The translations under genes were made by a program, and so were the position numbers. From an uncultured Verrucomicrobiae bacterium (GTDB taxonomy: Bacteria > Verrucomicrobiota > Verrucomicrobiia > Chthoniobacterales > JAFAMB01): a stretch of DNA of 64,000 bases. Below are positions 39,501-49,716 of this stretch, piece by piece. The stretch is from positions 416,001 through 480,000 of the forward strand of contig CAVXLD010000005.1 of the NCBI GenBank assembly GCA_963762565.1, written 5' to 3'. The notes under the pieces are model-generated. The model searched no databases, was not told where the DNA came from, and worked only from the letters and a program-made list of their open reading frames with translations. Within the stretch, counting starts at the first letter, position 1, and every line of letters begins with the position of its first letter.

Positions 39501-41406
39501 CAGACGGGAGACAGCTAACGAATTGATACTTGAAGTCCCGCCCACGGGAAATTGGATTATCTTCCGCGATCAACAGGGGGTCGGTGATGCGCTTTGTGCC
39601 CGACTGCGCGAGTATGGCGCGACCTATGTCTGCGCGGATCACGGTGAGCAACGCTCACAAGTGAACGACGCATTGATGACAATCAGGCCCGACAATGCAG
39701 GCGACTATGTTGGGCTGTTGAACAACGCGGCGCGGCAGAATTCTGTCGCTACCAGGATTGTCCACCTTTGGAGTCTGGACGCTGCAGATCTCGAAAAAGC
39801 AGATCTGAAAGCCGTGCAAGACGCCCAGACACTCGGACCCGTCAGCGTTTTGCACCTGGTCCAAGCGCTCGCCCAGGTAAGGCCATCAGCGCCTCACAAA
39901 CTCTGGTTGATCAGCCGTGGTGCGCAGCCGGTGGAACAAAAGGCTGAGGCGATTTCAGTGCTCCAGTCTCCTCTTTGGGGTTTGGGTCGTACCATCGCGA
40001 TGGAGCGACCAGAATTCTGGGGTGGTATGGTGGATCTGGATTCAGCCGATAGTCCGCGGTCCGCGGCCGGGCACCTGCTTCGTCAATTGGCGGCGGACGG
40101 CGGCGAGGACCAAACGGCAATCCGCGATGGCCGCGCGTATTTGGCACGACTGAGTCGGCTGAGGAACACTCTGCTCAAAACTGAACGAGTTTCGATTCGC
40201 CCGTATGCAACGTATCTGATCACGGGCGGATTAGGTGGTATCGGGCTTATCATTGCCAGATGGCTGGCGATTCAGGGTGCTCGCCATCTTGTTTTGGCCG
40301 GGCGAAGCTCGCTGCCGCCTCGCCAAGCGTGGGAAGATGTCTCAAGCGGAACCATTGAAAGCGCTCGTATCGGCGCAATACGCGAACTCGAGAAACTTGG
40401 CGCCAACGTCCAGACGTTGGTCGTGGACATGGGCAATGATAGATCGGTTACCGCCATGATCAGGCAGTGTCTAGCCCCGGATCGGCCGCCCCTGCGAGGT
40501 GTATTTCATGCGGCCGGCGTGACGCAGAATCAACTGCTGATCGATCAGACTGCGGAGCAAATGCGAGACATTCTGGCCGCGAAGATGGTTGGCGGATGGC
40601 TCCTCCATCGACTGTTGGCGGATATTCCTTTGGAGCTATTTGTGCTTTTCTCCACGTTCTCGTCATTTTTAGGCTCGCCAATGTTGGGAAGTTATTCGGC
40701 CGCCAACATCTTTCTCGATTCGCTCGCACATCATCGCCGTTCGCAAGGCCAAGCGGCGCTGAGCATCAATTGGGGTCCGTGGGCCGATGCCGGCATGGCG
40801 GCTCGATTTCTGGCTGCAGAAGAGTCCAAAGGCATACGATGGAAGGACATCCCCAACGGCGTGAGCGCTTTGTCGACCCAATACGCATTGGAGGCCATGG
40901 AGCGATTGCTCGCGCAGGGCGCCGTACAGACGGGCGTCATGTCGATCGATTGGATGGCGTGGCATCGCTGGACCTGCGGCAACGTTGCAATTGCTCCCTA
41001 CCTTTCGGCCCTCATTCCAGAAAGCGATTCAAGAGTTTCGGCCACAGAGCTCAAAGGAAACAGCCGCCGCGAACGCATTCTGTGCGTCGAATCGGAGCCG
41101 TGCCCAGAAACGGTAGACAAATATTTGGTGGAAGAAATAGCCCGCATTCTCAAGGTGCCTTCGGTTTCGGTGGATCGGGGTACGCCTATCATGAGGTTGG
41201 GGTTCGACTCGCTGATGTCAGTTGAACTGAAAAAGCAGATCGGGACCGACCTGGGTGTGAGCGTAGCGATGGCCCGCCTCGTCCAAAGCCCCACCATCTT
41301 GGAGCTGACCGGCTTCATAGTGGAACTGCTTGCGAATTCGAGCGGTCTTGACCCGACCGCTGCGGTGAGTTCTTCAATCGTTGAAGTTGAGGAGGGAGTA
41401 CTATGA
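36562..41406 (+). CDS. Type I PKS: KS-AT(degenerate)-KR-ACP
   Basis: DTACSSS, HGTGT; AT GHGLG; KR GGLGGIG, YSAAN; ACP GFDSL. Confidence 0.95.
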   Translation: MSDSDNIAIRQPDRKALLQRALQTIDSLQARLDAVERERNQPIAIVGLGCRFPASNDPQSFWRLLRDRGDAVKRVPDDRWDVEAYYDPDPSAPGKMHAPYGGFLDGVDLFDAAFFGISRREAEAMDPQQRLLLEVVWETLENAGIAANRLRGSSTGVFVGITVSDYARLAAADRSIAFDAYTATGGALNVAAGRISFLLGLNGPAVAVDTACSSSLVAVHLACQSLRTRESDLALAGGVNLLLVPDSFVCLTKWGMLAADGRCKTFDERADGFVRGEGCGIVALKRLHDAIESGDRILAVIRGTAVNQDGASSGLTVPNGLAQQAVVRSALKVAGVSPEEVDYVEAHGTGTPLGDPIELEALASVLGKDRSPDHPLRVGSVKPNIGHLESAAGIAGLIKVVLSLQREWIPGQLHYRKLNPRISLGTVPIEIPVTPVRWPRCERPRIAGISSFGFSGTNAHAILQEAPLPNAGGPRTRPNQGEVSGNGYSVALANPAVPVNRDRTAHLLVLSAESELALRELSQAYAEYLKKESDESLADICHTAAIGRAPLSYRLAFPATDVATTREQLICFAQSRPKFGINTGRVRSKPKVAFLFSGHATMTPGRGRTLYESEPVFRNAVDRCANGLSRYHDIPLPEILGYTGGNTSSAGFLDEIVYAEPALFAFEYAMSCLWRSWGIEPCAIVGHGLGEYVGACLAGIVSLENALGLVAVRSRLTQVLPEKGAMAAVFASKDLVGAKIADYSNSVSIAAINSPRNTVISGAAGHIQALLEQFRREGIHAESLTVSHALHSPLIEPMLDEFDQFARTIPHQPPVIDLTLNVTGQLANGTVPLDGLYWRQHTREPVRFAESIETLHKHGIRIFLELGPSPTLTPLARQSVEGTGTTWLASQSNDQEDWRQILSSLGTLFALGATPDWCAFDRHYRRSRLSLPTYPFQRERHWLPVAAADSGQAGLRSLNDAEQRDERESVENWFYETQWVRRETANELILEVPPTGNWIIFRDQQGVGDALCARLREYGATYVCADHGEQRSQVNDALMTIRPDNAGDYVGLLNNAARQNSVATRIVHLWSLDAADLEKADLKAVQDAQTLGPVSVLHLVQALAQVRPSAPHKLWLISRGAQPVEQKAEAISVLQSPLWGLGRTIAMERPEFWGGMVDLDSADSPRSAAGHLLRQLAADGGEDQTAIRDGRAYLARLSRLRNTLLKTERVSIRPYATYLITGGLGGIGLIIARWLAIQGARHLVLAGRSSLPPRQAWEDVSSGTIESARIGAIRELEKLGANVQTLVVDMGNDRSVTAMIRQCLAPDRPPLRGVFHAAGVTQNQLLIDQTAEQMRDILAAKMVGGWLLHRLLADIPLELFVLFSTFSSFLGSPMLGSYSAANIFLDSLAHHRRSQGQAALSINWGPWADAGMAARFLAAEESKGIRWKDIPNGVSALSTQYALEAMERLLAQGAVQTGVMSIDWMAWHRWTCGNVAIAPYLSALIPESDSRVSATELKGNSRRERILCVESEPCPETVDKYLVEEIARILKVPSVSVDRGTPIMRLGFDSLMSVELKKQIGTDLGVSVAMARLVQSPTILELTGFIVELLANSSGLDPTAAVSSSIVEVEEGVL

Positions 41407-44400
41407 GCGAGGCCGTCGAATTGCTGGATTCTCTCGCCAAGCAGGGCGTCGTCTTCTGGGGCGAAGGAAGCAGACTGCGTTACCGCGCTTCGAGCGGTAC
41501 TCTCACCGAGGCGATACGATTGCAATTGGCGTCGCAGAAAGATGTGGTGCTAGGCGCCTGGTGTGAGCGTGCTGCTCAGACCGTTGTTTCGCATCCGGCT
41601 ACGAACGCACAGCGGGCAAATTGGTTTCTGTACCGGACAAAACCCGAAAGCGGCTCATATAATATCGTATTTTCCGCCCGCGTTCGTTCCGCGATTGACG
41701 TGGCTGCTTTGCGTCGTTCTTTTCAGGCTTTGGTGGACCGACATCCATCTTTGCGCACCACTTTTTCAGACGAGGCGGATGGTGTTATTCAGCGGATACA
41801 CGGTTGGATGCCGGTCAGCTTTAGGGAACACGATCGGTCCGGCATCGAGTTGCCCACGCTTCGGGAAGAGGTTCACAAAGCATCGCAAGCACCGTTCGAT
41901 CTAAGAACTGGGCCGCTCATGCGAATCGATCTCTTCAGGCGGTCGGCGGACGATAACGTTCTGCTAGTGACCACACACCATGTCGCGGCAGATGGTTGGT
42001 CGATGTTCTTGCTTCTTGATGATTTAAGACGGCTCTATCCGGCCGAATGTAATGGCGGCGTGGCATACCCGCCGCGTCCGGCGTGCGACATTCTGCAGCA
42101 TGCGCGATGGCAGAGCGACATGCTAGCCGGTCCCGAAGGAGAGGCCCACGAGGCTTACTGGCTCAGCCAGCTGGCAGGCGTTCACACTCAGCTGAGTATG
42201 CCGACGGATCGTCCCCGAACCGTCTTTTTTTCGGAGCGTGGTGCATCGCTTCTGATCGACTTGGGACTCGATTTGAGCCGCGCGGTGCGCGTGCTCGCAG
42301 CGCGGGAGGGAACCACACCATTTACGGTGCTGCTCACGGCCTACCAAATTCTTTTGCACCGTTACACCGGCCAGCATGAGGTGATTGTTGGATCCCCGGT
42401 TTATGGGCGCGATCGTCAGGAATTCGCGGACGTCGTGGGCTTATTCATTAACATGGTCCCGTTAAGGGCGACATTCATTGATGATCCACGGTTCCAGAAA
42501 GTGCTCACACGTACCCGCCAAGCGGTAGTCGAAGGCATTCAGCACCAGGATTATCCGTTTGCGCTTCTGGTTGAGAGGTTACGGCCAAATCGAGACTCTT
42601 CCCGCACTCCCGTTTTTCAAACAGTGTTCAATCTTCAGAAGTACCCGCGGGTTAGCGGACTAGAGGCTTTTTTAGGCCATTGGGGTTCCGAAGAACGCGC
42701 TGAGCTTGGCGGACTAATATTAGAACCGTTTCCGATTCCGCAGCAGGAGGGTCAACAAGAGCTGTCGGTCGAGTTGACCGAGAAAGACGGAGCATATCAA
42801 GGCGTTATGAAGTACAATACCGCCCTTTTTGACGCATCCACGATGGGGCGGTTCTTGAGCCATTATGCTACGCTGCTGCGGTCAATAGTGGCGTCGCCGG
42901 AGACGAAAGTATCTGAGCTGCCTCTGCTAGAGGGGACGGAGCGCGAGTGGCTGGTTACAGGACCAAACGCACCGGAGCGAGAGTATCCCAGAGAGCGAAC
43001 GGTTGTCGATCTAGTTCGGGAACAAGCGGCCCAACGACCGGACGCCAAGGCAGTCAATTTTGAGTCAGAAACACTAACCTATTCGGAGTTAGACATCAGA
43101 TCCACGCGTCTGGCGCGGTACATTCGATCGCTGGGAGTTGGACCAGAGTCGCTGGTCAGTCTCTGTCTGGAACGGGGGTTGGATTTGGAGGTCAGCATCT
43201 TGGCCGTTCTGAAAGCCGGGGCTGCCTATGTGCCGTTAGATCCGACATTTCCGGCCGAGCGATTGCGTTACATGGTGGAAGATTCAGGGGCGAAGATTCT
43301 GATCACTCAGAGGCCGCTTTCGGAGAAATTGTTTTCCGGATCTGATGTGGAATGTGTGTATGTCGACGCCGCCCGAGCTCAAATTGATCAGCAGAGCAGT
43401 GAGCCCTTAGGGCCGCTGGCCGGGCCAGCAAACCGGGCGTACGTGCTTTACACTTCCGGCTCGACGGGCCGCCCCAAAGGCGTGGAGATCGAACATCGTG
43501 CTTTAACTAACTTTTTGTGCTCGATGGCGCGGGAACCGGGGCTAGGGGAGAACGACGTGTTGCTGGCGGTGACTACGCTAGGATTTGATATCGCCGGTTT
43601 GGAATTGTTCCTGCCCTTGATTACCGGAGCCCAAATTGAGTTGGCCAGCCAAGCGACCGCCATGGACGGCGTAGCCTTAGCCCGCGCGCTGAGCAACTCG
43701 GGTGCAACGGTAATGCAGGCTACTCCGGCGACTTGGCAGATGCTGTTTGATTCGGGTTGGCGCGGAGATCGCCGCCTGAAGGTGTTATGCGGCGGAGAAG
43801 CGATGGATCGGGAACTGGCCGCCCGGCTGGTGTCAAGCTGCGGATCGGTCTGGAATATGTATGGGCCGACCGAGACAACGATCTGGTCTTCATTAGCACG
43901 AATCGAATCGGATGAGGTAACGATCGGCCGGCCTATTGCTAACACGCGCTTGTATGTATTGGACAACCACCGCGAACCGGTGCCTCGCGGAGTGGTGGGT
44001 GAGCTATGGATTGCCGGCGATGGCTTAGCGCGGGGATACCTGAACCGGCCAGAACTAACCGCTGAACGGTTTGTGGCCGACCCTTTTCGCCCGGGAGAGC
44101 GGATGTATCGCACCGGAGATCTTGCCCGACACTTAGCCGATGGACGCCTGGAATGTCTGGGACGAATTGACAATCAGGTAAAAATCCGTGGCTACCGAAT
44201 CGAGTTGGGCGAGATCGAGACCGTCCTTCATTCCCACCCCCAGGTGCAAGGTTGTGTGGTGGCAGCGCGATCGGAAAATGGCAGTGACGCGCGACTATTA
44301 GCCTATGTCTTACCGGTTGCTGACCGGCCCGCCATCGAGGAATTGCGAACTTACCTTCAGACACATTTGCCCGACTACATGATTCCGTCGGGGTTCGTGT

Positions 44401-47400
44401 TTCTCGATGCCATTCCGCTTACGCCAAATGGCAAGGTGGACCGCAACGCCTTACCGATTCCCGAGAACAACCTGCCCGAGCAAAAAGCTGATTATGTGGC
44501 CCCTCGTAACGAGATCGAAGCAACCATGGCCGAAATCTGGGCTGACGTTTTGGGCCTCGAGAAGGTCGGAGTTTTCGATCACTTCTTTGAGTTGGGCGGC
44601 CACTCTTTAGCTGCTGTCCGGCTTGCGAGCCGGATCCGCGCGGCATTCGGTGTTGAGCTCTCTATCGCCGAGATCTTTGATTCACCGCAGCTGGCGCAGC
44701 AGGCAGGTTTCGTCGAAGAAGCGCGGGGATCGGTTCGTGTCGTCAGCGAAATCGAAGTTGTCCAACCAAGGCCAGATCGAATTCCGCTGTCGCCAGCGCA
44801 ATTGGGATTCTGGTTCGGCTGTCGACTAGAAGGAAGTGCAACTTTCAATATGCCGTGTGCGCTGAGGTTGCAGGGGGAGCTGCATGAGGCAGCGCTTGAG
44901 GCGGCGTTCAGGGATATTATTGGACGCCATGAAACTCTGCGGACGATTTTCCCCGAGGAAGATGGAGTGGCCTATCAACGGATTCTCTCGATGGAGGAAG
45001 TGGGTTCAATCCTCAAAGTCGAGGAGTTAGAAGAAGCGTGCCTCGCAGAACGATTGGCGGAGAGGGCAGGGATCGCATTGGACCTTACCTGCGAAATCCC
45101 TCTCCGACTATGGGTGTTCAGGCTCGCACCTCATGAACATGTGATGCTCCTCGTTCTGCACCATGTCGCGGGGGACGCTTGGTCAGGTTTGCCTTTCCTC
45201 CGAGATTTGTCGCTCGCTTACGAGGCGCGTTGTCGAGGCCAAGCGCCGGATTTCAAGCCACTGCGCGTGCAGTATGCGGATTACACGCTGTGGCGGCGCA
45301 AATATCTCGGTGAGGAAAGCGACCCGGATAGCCGGCTTGGTCAACAATTGCACTTTTGGAGCAAGGCCTTAGCAGGTGCGCCCCAAGAGTTGAATCTGCC
45401 AGCAGACTACGGCCGTCCAGCCGTTCTCAGCTATCGAGGTGGTAGCATCGCCATGCACATCAACGCCCAGCTGCATCGCGAGTTAGCGGAGTTTGGGCAG
45501 GCTCACGGAGTGAGTCTCTTCATGGTTTTACAGGCAGGTTTGGCCGCATTGTTAACCCGCATGGGAGCGGGCGAAGATATACCAATTGGCGTTGTGACGG
45601 CCGGCCGAATTGATCCGATTCTGGAGGACCTCATCGGAGTCTTCATCAACACGCTGGTGATGCGGACCGATGTCTCCGGTGACCCCAGTTTTGTGGAATT
45701 GCTGGGCAGAGTGAGAAAGTTCGATCTTGAGGCGTACGCTCATCAGGATCTTCCCTTTGGGCACCTCGTGGAAGCATTGAATCCTGAGCGGTCGCCCGCG
45801 CGTCACCCAATCTTCCAGGTGGCACTCGTGCTCCGCAACATACCGGCACTAGAGCTAAAATTGCCACGACTGAAAATCAAGCTTGAACCACTGCATCCGA
45901 CGTTGGCGGCATTGGACCTGATGCTGGACTTAAATGAACACCTCGGAACTGAAGGAGAGCCCTTGGGGATCGACGGCGGTTTGTACTACAGGCTGGATCG
46001 CTTCGACCACGGAACGGTCGAAAAGTTGAGTGCACGCCTGCTCCGCCTCCTGGAGTCCGCTCTAGCATGTCCGGATGAGCCCCTCCACCGGCTTGATATC
46101 CTGCCTCCGGAAGAACGAAGACAATTATTGGAGAATTTCAGCGGCGTCCAGCATGAGGTACCGGAGCAGACGCTTGTCGGACTGTTTGAAACCCGAGTGG
46201 CACGCACGCCGCAAGCTTGCGCGATTAGGTTTGCCAGAGAGTCATTGAGTTATGCCGAACTCAATGCGCGGTCTAACCGGCTCGCCCATTTTCTCGCCGG
46301 CCGCGGAATTGGACCGGAGTCGCTGATCGGTCTCTGTCTGGAACGGGGGTTGGATTTGGAGGTCAGCATCTTGGCCGTTCTGAAAGCCGGGGCTGCCTAT
46401 GTGCCGTTAGATCCGACATTTCCGGCCGAGCGATTGCGTTACATGGTGGAAGATTCAGGGGCGAAGATTCTGATCACTCAGAGGCCGCTTTCGGAGAAAT
46501 TGTTTTCCGGATCTGATGTGGAATGTGTGTATGTCGACGCCGCCCGAGCTCAAATTGATCAGCAGAGCAGTGAGCCCTTAGGGCCGCTGGCCGGGCCAGC
46601 AAACCGGGCGTACGTGCTTTACACTTCCGGCTCGACGGGCCGCCCCAAAGGCGTGGAGATCGAACATCGTGCTTTAACTAACTTTTTGTGCTCGATGGCG
46701 CGGGAACCGGGGCTAGGGGAGAACGACGTGTTGCTGGCGGTGACTACGCTAGGATTTGATATCGCCGGTTTGGAATTGTTCCTGCCCTTGATTACCGGAG
46801 CCCAAATTGAGTTGGCCAGCCAAGCGACCGCCATGGACGGCGTAGCCTTAGCCCGCGCGCTGAGCAACTCGGGTGCAACGGTAATGCAGGCTACTCCGGC
46901 GACTTGGCAGATGCTGTTTGATTCGGGTTGGCGCGGAGATCGCCGCCTGAAGGTGTTATGCGGCGGAGAAGCGATGGATCGGGAACTGGCCGCCCGGCTG
47001 GTGTCAAGCTGCGGATCGGTCTGGAATATGTATGGGCCGACCGAGACAACGATCTGGTCTTCATTAGCACGAATCGAATCGGATGAGGTAACGATCGGCC
47101 GGCCTATTGCTAACACGCGCTTGTATGTATTGGACAACCACCGCGAACCGGTGCCTCGCGGAGTGGTGGGTGAGCTATGGATTGCCGGCGATGGCTTAGC
47201 GCGGGGATACCTGAACCGGCCAGAACTAACCGCTGAACGGTTTGTGGCCGACCCTTTTCGCCCGGGAGAGCGGATGTATCGCACCGGAGATCTTGCCCGA
47301 CACTTAGCCGATGGACGCCTGGAATGTCTGGGACGAATTGACAATCAGGTAAAAATCCGTGGCTACCGAATCGAGTTGGGCGAGATCGAGACCGTCCTTC

Positions 47401-48746
47401 ATTCCCACCCCCAGGTGCAAGGTTGTGTGGTGGCAGCGCGATCGGAAAATGGCAGTGACGCGCGACTATTAGCCTATGTCTTACCGGTTGCTGACCGGCC
47501 CGCCATCGAGGAATTGCGAACTTACCTTCAGACACATTTGCCCGACTACATGATTCCGTCGGGGTTCGTGTTTCTCGATGCCATTCCGCTTACGCCAAAT
47601 GGCAAGGTGGACCGCAACGCCTTACCGATTCCCGAGAACAACCTGCCCGAGCAAAAAGCTGATTATGTGGCCCCTCGTAACGAGATCGAAGCAACCATGG
47701 CCGAAATCTGGGCTGACGTTTTGGGCCTCGAGAAGGTCGGAGTTTTCGATCACTTCTTTGAGTTGGGCGGCCACTCTCTTTCTGCGACTCGGTTGTTGGC
47801 CCGGTTGAAGGCTGCATTTCAAGCGGATCTCCCTCTTAGGAGTCTATTCATTGAGCCGACAGTCGCCGGACTGTCTAAACACATCGTATACGATGTTTCT
47901 AATCAACGGTACCGTTATCTGGATCAGATCCCTCGGTTTAAGCGCCTGGTACCGGTGCAACCTAACGGCTCCCGAATCCCGCTTTTCCTTGTGGCCGGCT
48001 TTTGGAACGCAGAAGATACGATGCGGACACTCTCGGGATTCATACCTCACTTGGGCCTCGATCAACCGCTTTACGGGTTTCAGCCGCGCTGGGTGGAAGG
48101 CAGTGCAGAGCGTTACTCAGGCGTAGAGGAAGTAGCATCTGAGTTCCTGACCGAGTTGCTTTCTGTTCAACCTAGCGGTCCGTACCAGCTCGGAGGCGAC
48201 TGCGTCGGGGGCATCATCGCCCTGGTTATGGCAGATGAACTAATACGCCGCGGTGAGGAGGTCCGGTTTCTCGTGTTATTAGACACTCACAAGCCGGGGT
48301 GGCTGCGCTCGCTGGAAACCTATCTCGGCAATGTCTGGCGCCACCATGTGTTGCCTAGAACGAAACATATAATGGACGTTATCAGCCGAATAGTAACCGC
48401 CGACCACAGCCTACGGAGGGAGCTAGTTCGGGATGTGGCTCGACGTAAACTCAAAGGGGATAGGGCGAGGAGTAAGGAGGAACTGATGCAGGAGCGCCTA
48501 CACAAGTTGAGAATGGATTATATAGACACCGTTTACCGGCACAATCTGAAGAGCTACCCAGGCAAAATTACCTTAATAGTCAACGAGAAACAGTATAAGT
48601 CCGACAAGCACCTGGGGTGGAACGGAATCGCTTTAGAGGGCGTGGAAGTCCACACTACTCCTGGTGACCACTTGACTCGCTTTCATTATGGAAAAGAGCT
48701 CGCCCAATGCCTTGTTCACTGCCTGACCATGGCAAAAGCAAAATGA
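41403..48746 (+). CDS. NRPS: TubC_N-like dock-C-A(Gly)-T-C-A(Gly)-T-TE
   Basis: HHVAADGWS and HHVAGDAWS, YTSGSTGRPKG x2, GGHSL x2, TE GDCVG. Confidence 0.96.
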   Translation: MSEAVELLDSLAKQGVVFWGEGSRLRYRASSGTLTEAIRLQLASQKDVVLGAWCERAAQTVVSHPATNAQRANWFLYRTKPESGSYNIVFSARVRSAIDVAALRRSFQALVDRHPSLRTTFSDEADGVIQRIHGWMPVSFREHDRSGIELPTLREEVHKASQAPFDLRTGPLMRIDLFRRSADDNVLLVTTHHVAADGWSMFLLLDDLRRLYPAECNGGVAYPPRPACDILQHARWQSDMLAGPEGEAHEAYWLSQLAGVHTQLSMPTDRPRTVFFSERGASLLIDLGLDLSRAVRVLAAREGTTPFTVLLTAYQILLHRYTGQHEVIVGSPVYGRDRQEFADVVGLFINMVPLRATFIDDPRFQKVLTRTRQAVVEGIQHQDYPFALLVERLRPNRDSSRTPVFQTVFNLQKYPRVSGLEAFLGHWGSEERAELGGLILEPFPIPQQEGQQELSVELTEKDGAYQGVMKYNTALFDASTMGRFLSHYATLLRSIVASPETKVSELPLLEGTEREWLVTGPNAPEREYPRERTVVDLVREQAAQRPDAKAVNFESETLTYSELDIRSTRLARYIRSLGVGPESLVSLCLERGLDLEVSILAVLKAGAAYVPLDPTFPAERLRYMVEDSGAKILITQRPLSEKLFSGSDVECVYVDAARAQIDQQSSEPLGPLAGPANRAYVLYTSGSTGRPKGVEIEHRALTNFLCSMAREPGLGENDVLLAVTTLGFDIAGLELFLPLITGAQIELASQATAMDGVALARALSNSGATVMQATPATWQMLFDSGWRGDRRLKVLCGGEAMDRELAARLVSSCGSVWNMYGPTETTIWSSLARIESDEVTIGRPIANTRLYVLDNHREPVPRGVVGELWIAGDGLARGYLNRPELTAERFVADPFRPGERMYRTGDLARHLADGRLECLGRIDNQVKIRGYRIELGEIETVLHSHPQVQGCVVAARSENGSDARLLAYVLPVADRPAIEELRTYLQTHLPDYMIPSGFVFLDAIPLTPNGKVDRNALPIPENNLPEQKADYVAPRNEIEATMAEIWADVLGLEKVGVFDHFFELGGHSLAAVRLASRIRAAFGVELSIAEIFDSPQLAQQAGFVEEARGSVRVVSEIEVVQPRPDRIPLSPAQLGFWFGCRLEGSATFNMPCALRLQGELHEAALEAAFRDIIGRHETLRTIFPEEDGVAYQRILSMEEVGSILKVEELEEACLAERLAERAGIALDLTCEIPLRLWVFRLAPHEHVMLLVLHHVAGDAWSGLPFLRDLSLAYEARCRGQAPDFKPLRVQYADYTLWRRKYLGEESDPDSRLGQQLHFWSKALAGAPQELNLPADYGRPAVLSYRGGSIAMHINAQLHRELAEFGQAHGVSLFMVLQAGLAALLTRMGAGEDIPIGVVTAGRIDPILEDLIGVFINTLVMRTDVSGDPSFVELLGRVRKFDLEAYAHQDLPFGHLVEALNPERSPARHPIFQVALVLRNIPALELKLPRLKIKLEPLHPTLAALDLMLDLNEHLGTEGEPLGIDGGLYYRLDRFDHGTVEKLSARLLRLLESALACPDEPLHRLDILPPEERRQLLENFSGVQHEVPEQTLVGLFETRVARTPQACAIRFARESLSYAELNARSNRLAHFLAGRGIGPESLIGLCLERGLDLEVSILAVLKAGAAYVPLDPTFPAERLRYMVEDSGAKILITQRPLSEKLFSGSDVECVYVDAARAQIDQQSSEPLGPLAGPANRAYVLYTSGSTGRPKGVEIEHRALTNFLCSMAREPGLGENDVLLAVTTLGFDIAGLELFLPLITGAQIELASQATAMDGVALARALSNSGATVMQATPATWQMLFDSGWRGDRRLKVLCGGEAMDRELAARLVSSCGSVWNMYGPTETTIWSSLARIESDEVTIGRPIANTRLYVLDNHREPVPRGVVGELWIAGDGLARGYLNRPELTAERFVADPFRPGERMYRTGDLARHLADGRLECLGRIDNQVKIRGYRIELGEIETVLHSHPQVQGCVVAARSENGSDARLLAYVLPVADRPAIEELRTYLQTHLPDYMIPSGFVFLDAIPLTPNGKVDRNALPIPENNLPEQKADYVAPRNEIEATMAEIWADVLGLEKVGVFDHFFELGGHSLSATRLLARLKAAFQADLPLRSLFIEPTVAGLSKHIVYDVSNQRYRYLDQIPRFKRLVPVQPNGSRIPLFLVAGFWNAEDTMRTLSGFIPHLGLDQPLYGFQPRWVEGSAERYSGVEEVASEFLTELLSVQPSGPYQLGGDCVGGIIALVMADELIRRGEEVRFLVLLDTHKPGWLRSLETYLGNVWRHHVLPRTKHIMDVISRIVTADHSLRRELVRDVARRKLKGDRARSKEELMQERLHKLRMDYIDTVYRHNLKSYPGKITLIVNEKQYKSDKHLGWNGIALEGVEVHTTPGDHLTRFHYGKELAQCLVHCLTMAKAK
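43159..47777 (+). repeat. Apparently identical ~1448-bp direct repeat (43159-44606 = 46330-47777)
   Basis: Offset 3171; no mismatch seen by eye; antisense ORFs 43448/46619 and 43939/47110 are identical. Confidence 0.92.
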
Positions 48747-48758
48747 TCTCCACGGCAC

Positions 48759-49610
48759 ATGCTGATTAGCTCATCTACCTCGCCACAGAGCGTGATTTCT
48801 GCACGAGGCGTCACGATGCGTTTCCCAATCCGGAAGCGTTATCGCGAACTCGTACTGGCTCCGTCCAGGCCAAGAAAATTCTTCACGGCTTTGAAGTCCG
48901 TCAATCTAGAAATCGAGAGAGGAGATAGGATTGCAGTTCTGGGTCCAAATGGCGCGGGCAAGACCACACTACTTAAGCTGATTGGCGGTCTGTTACTGCC
49001 GAGTGAAGGTGAAGTTGTGGTCAATGGTCACAGCACCCTTCTCCACAACGCGGCTGCCCGAAAATCGGTTGGATTTGTGATGAACGAAGAGCGGAGTTTT
49101 TTTTGGCGATTGACCGCACGACAGAATCTCGAGTTCTTTGCTGCCTTGGACGATCTGTGGGGAAGGAGTCTGACGAAACGCTTGCAGGAGTTAGTGCAGT
49201 TTGTCGGCTTAGAAGCATCTGCCGATAAGCCTGTCGAAACGTTTTCTTCGGGGATGAAACAACGCCTGGCTCTGGCGCGCGGTCTGATTGCCGAGCCCGA
49301 AGTCCTGATACTGGATGAGCCGACCCGAGCGCTTGATCCGGTAGCCTGTGAAGATCTGATTGACCTTATTATGGACCGGCTGCACAAGGGTTCTCGAAAG
49401 ACGATGCTGATCGCAACCCATCGATTGGAAGAAGCCATGAAGTTGTGCAATAAGGTCCTGGTCATCAGCGAAGGACAAATCGTCGGATTCGATGGTGTCT
49501 CGAATCTGACCGCCCGGGGAATCAGTCTTCGTGAGTATTACCGAAATCATGTGAGTAATAACTCACTGTTTTCGCGAGTTGAGCGAAGCGAATCGCTGGT
49601 TGCAGGGTAG
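48759..49610 (+). CDS. ABC transporter ATP-binding protein
   Basis: GPNGAGKTT, FSSGMKQR, LILDEP. Confidence 0.95.
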   Translation: MLISSSTSPQSVISARGVTMRFPIRKRYRELVLAPSRPRKFFTALKSVNLEIERGDRIAVLGPNGAGKTTLLKLIGGLLLPSEGEVVVNGHSTLLHNAAARKSVGFVMNEERSFFWRLTARQNLEFFAALDDLWGRSLTKRLQELVQFVGLEASADKPVETFSSGMKQRLALARGLIAEPEVLILDEPTRALDPVACEDLIDLIMDRLHKGSRKTMLIATHRLEEAMKLCNKVLVISEGQIVGFDGVSNLTARGISLREYYRNHVSNNSLFSRVERSESLVAG

Positions 49611-49716
49611 CCAGAAGAAGTCCGCCAGACTGCCGTTTGCACCTTCTCGGGCGGAAAAAAGGCTCCATGGGAGCAAAACCTTTGGAGGTGGCCGGGAGCT
49701 ATTCGGCTTAACTGCT

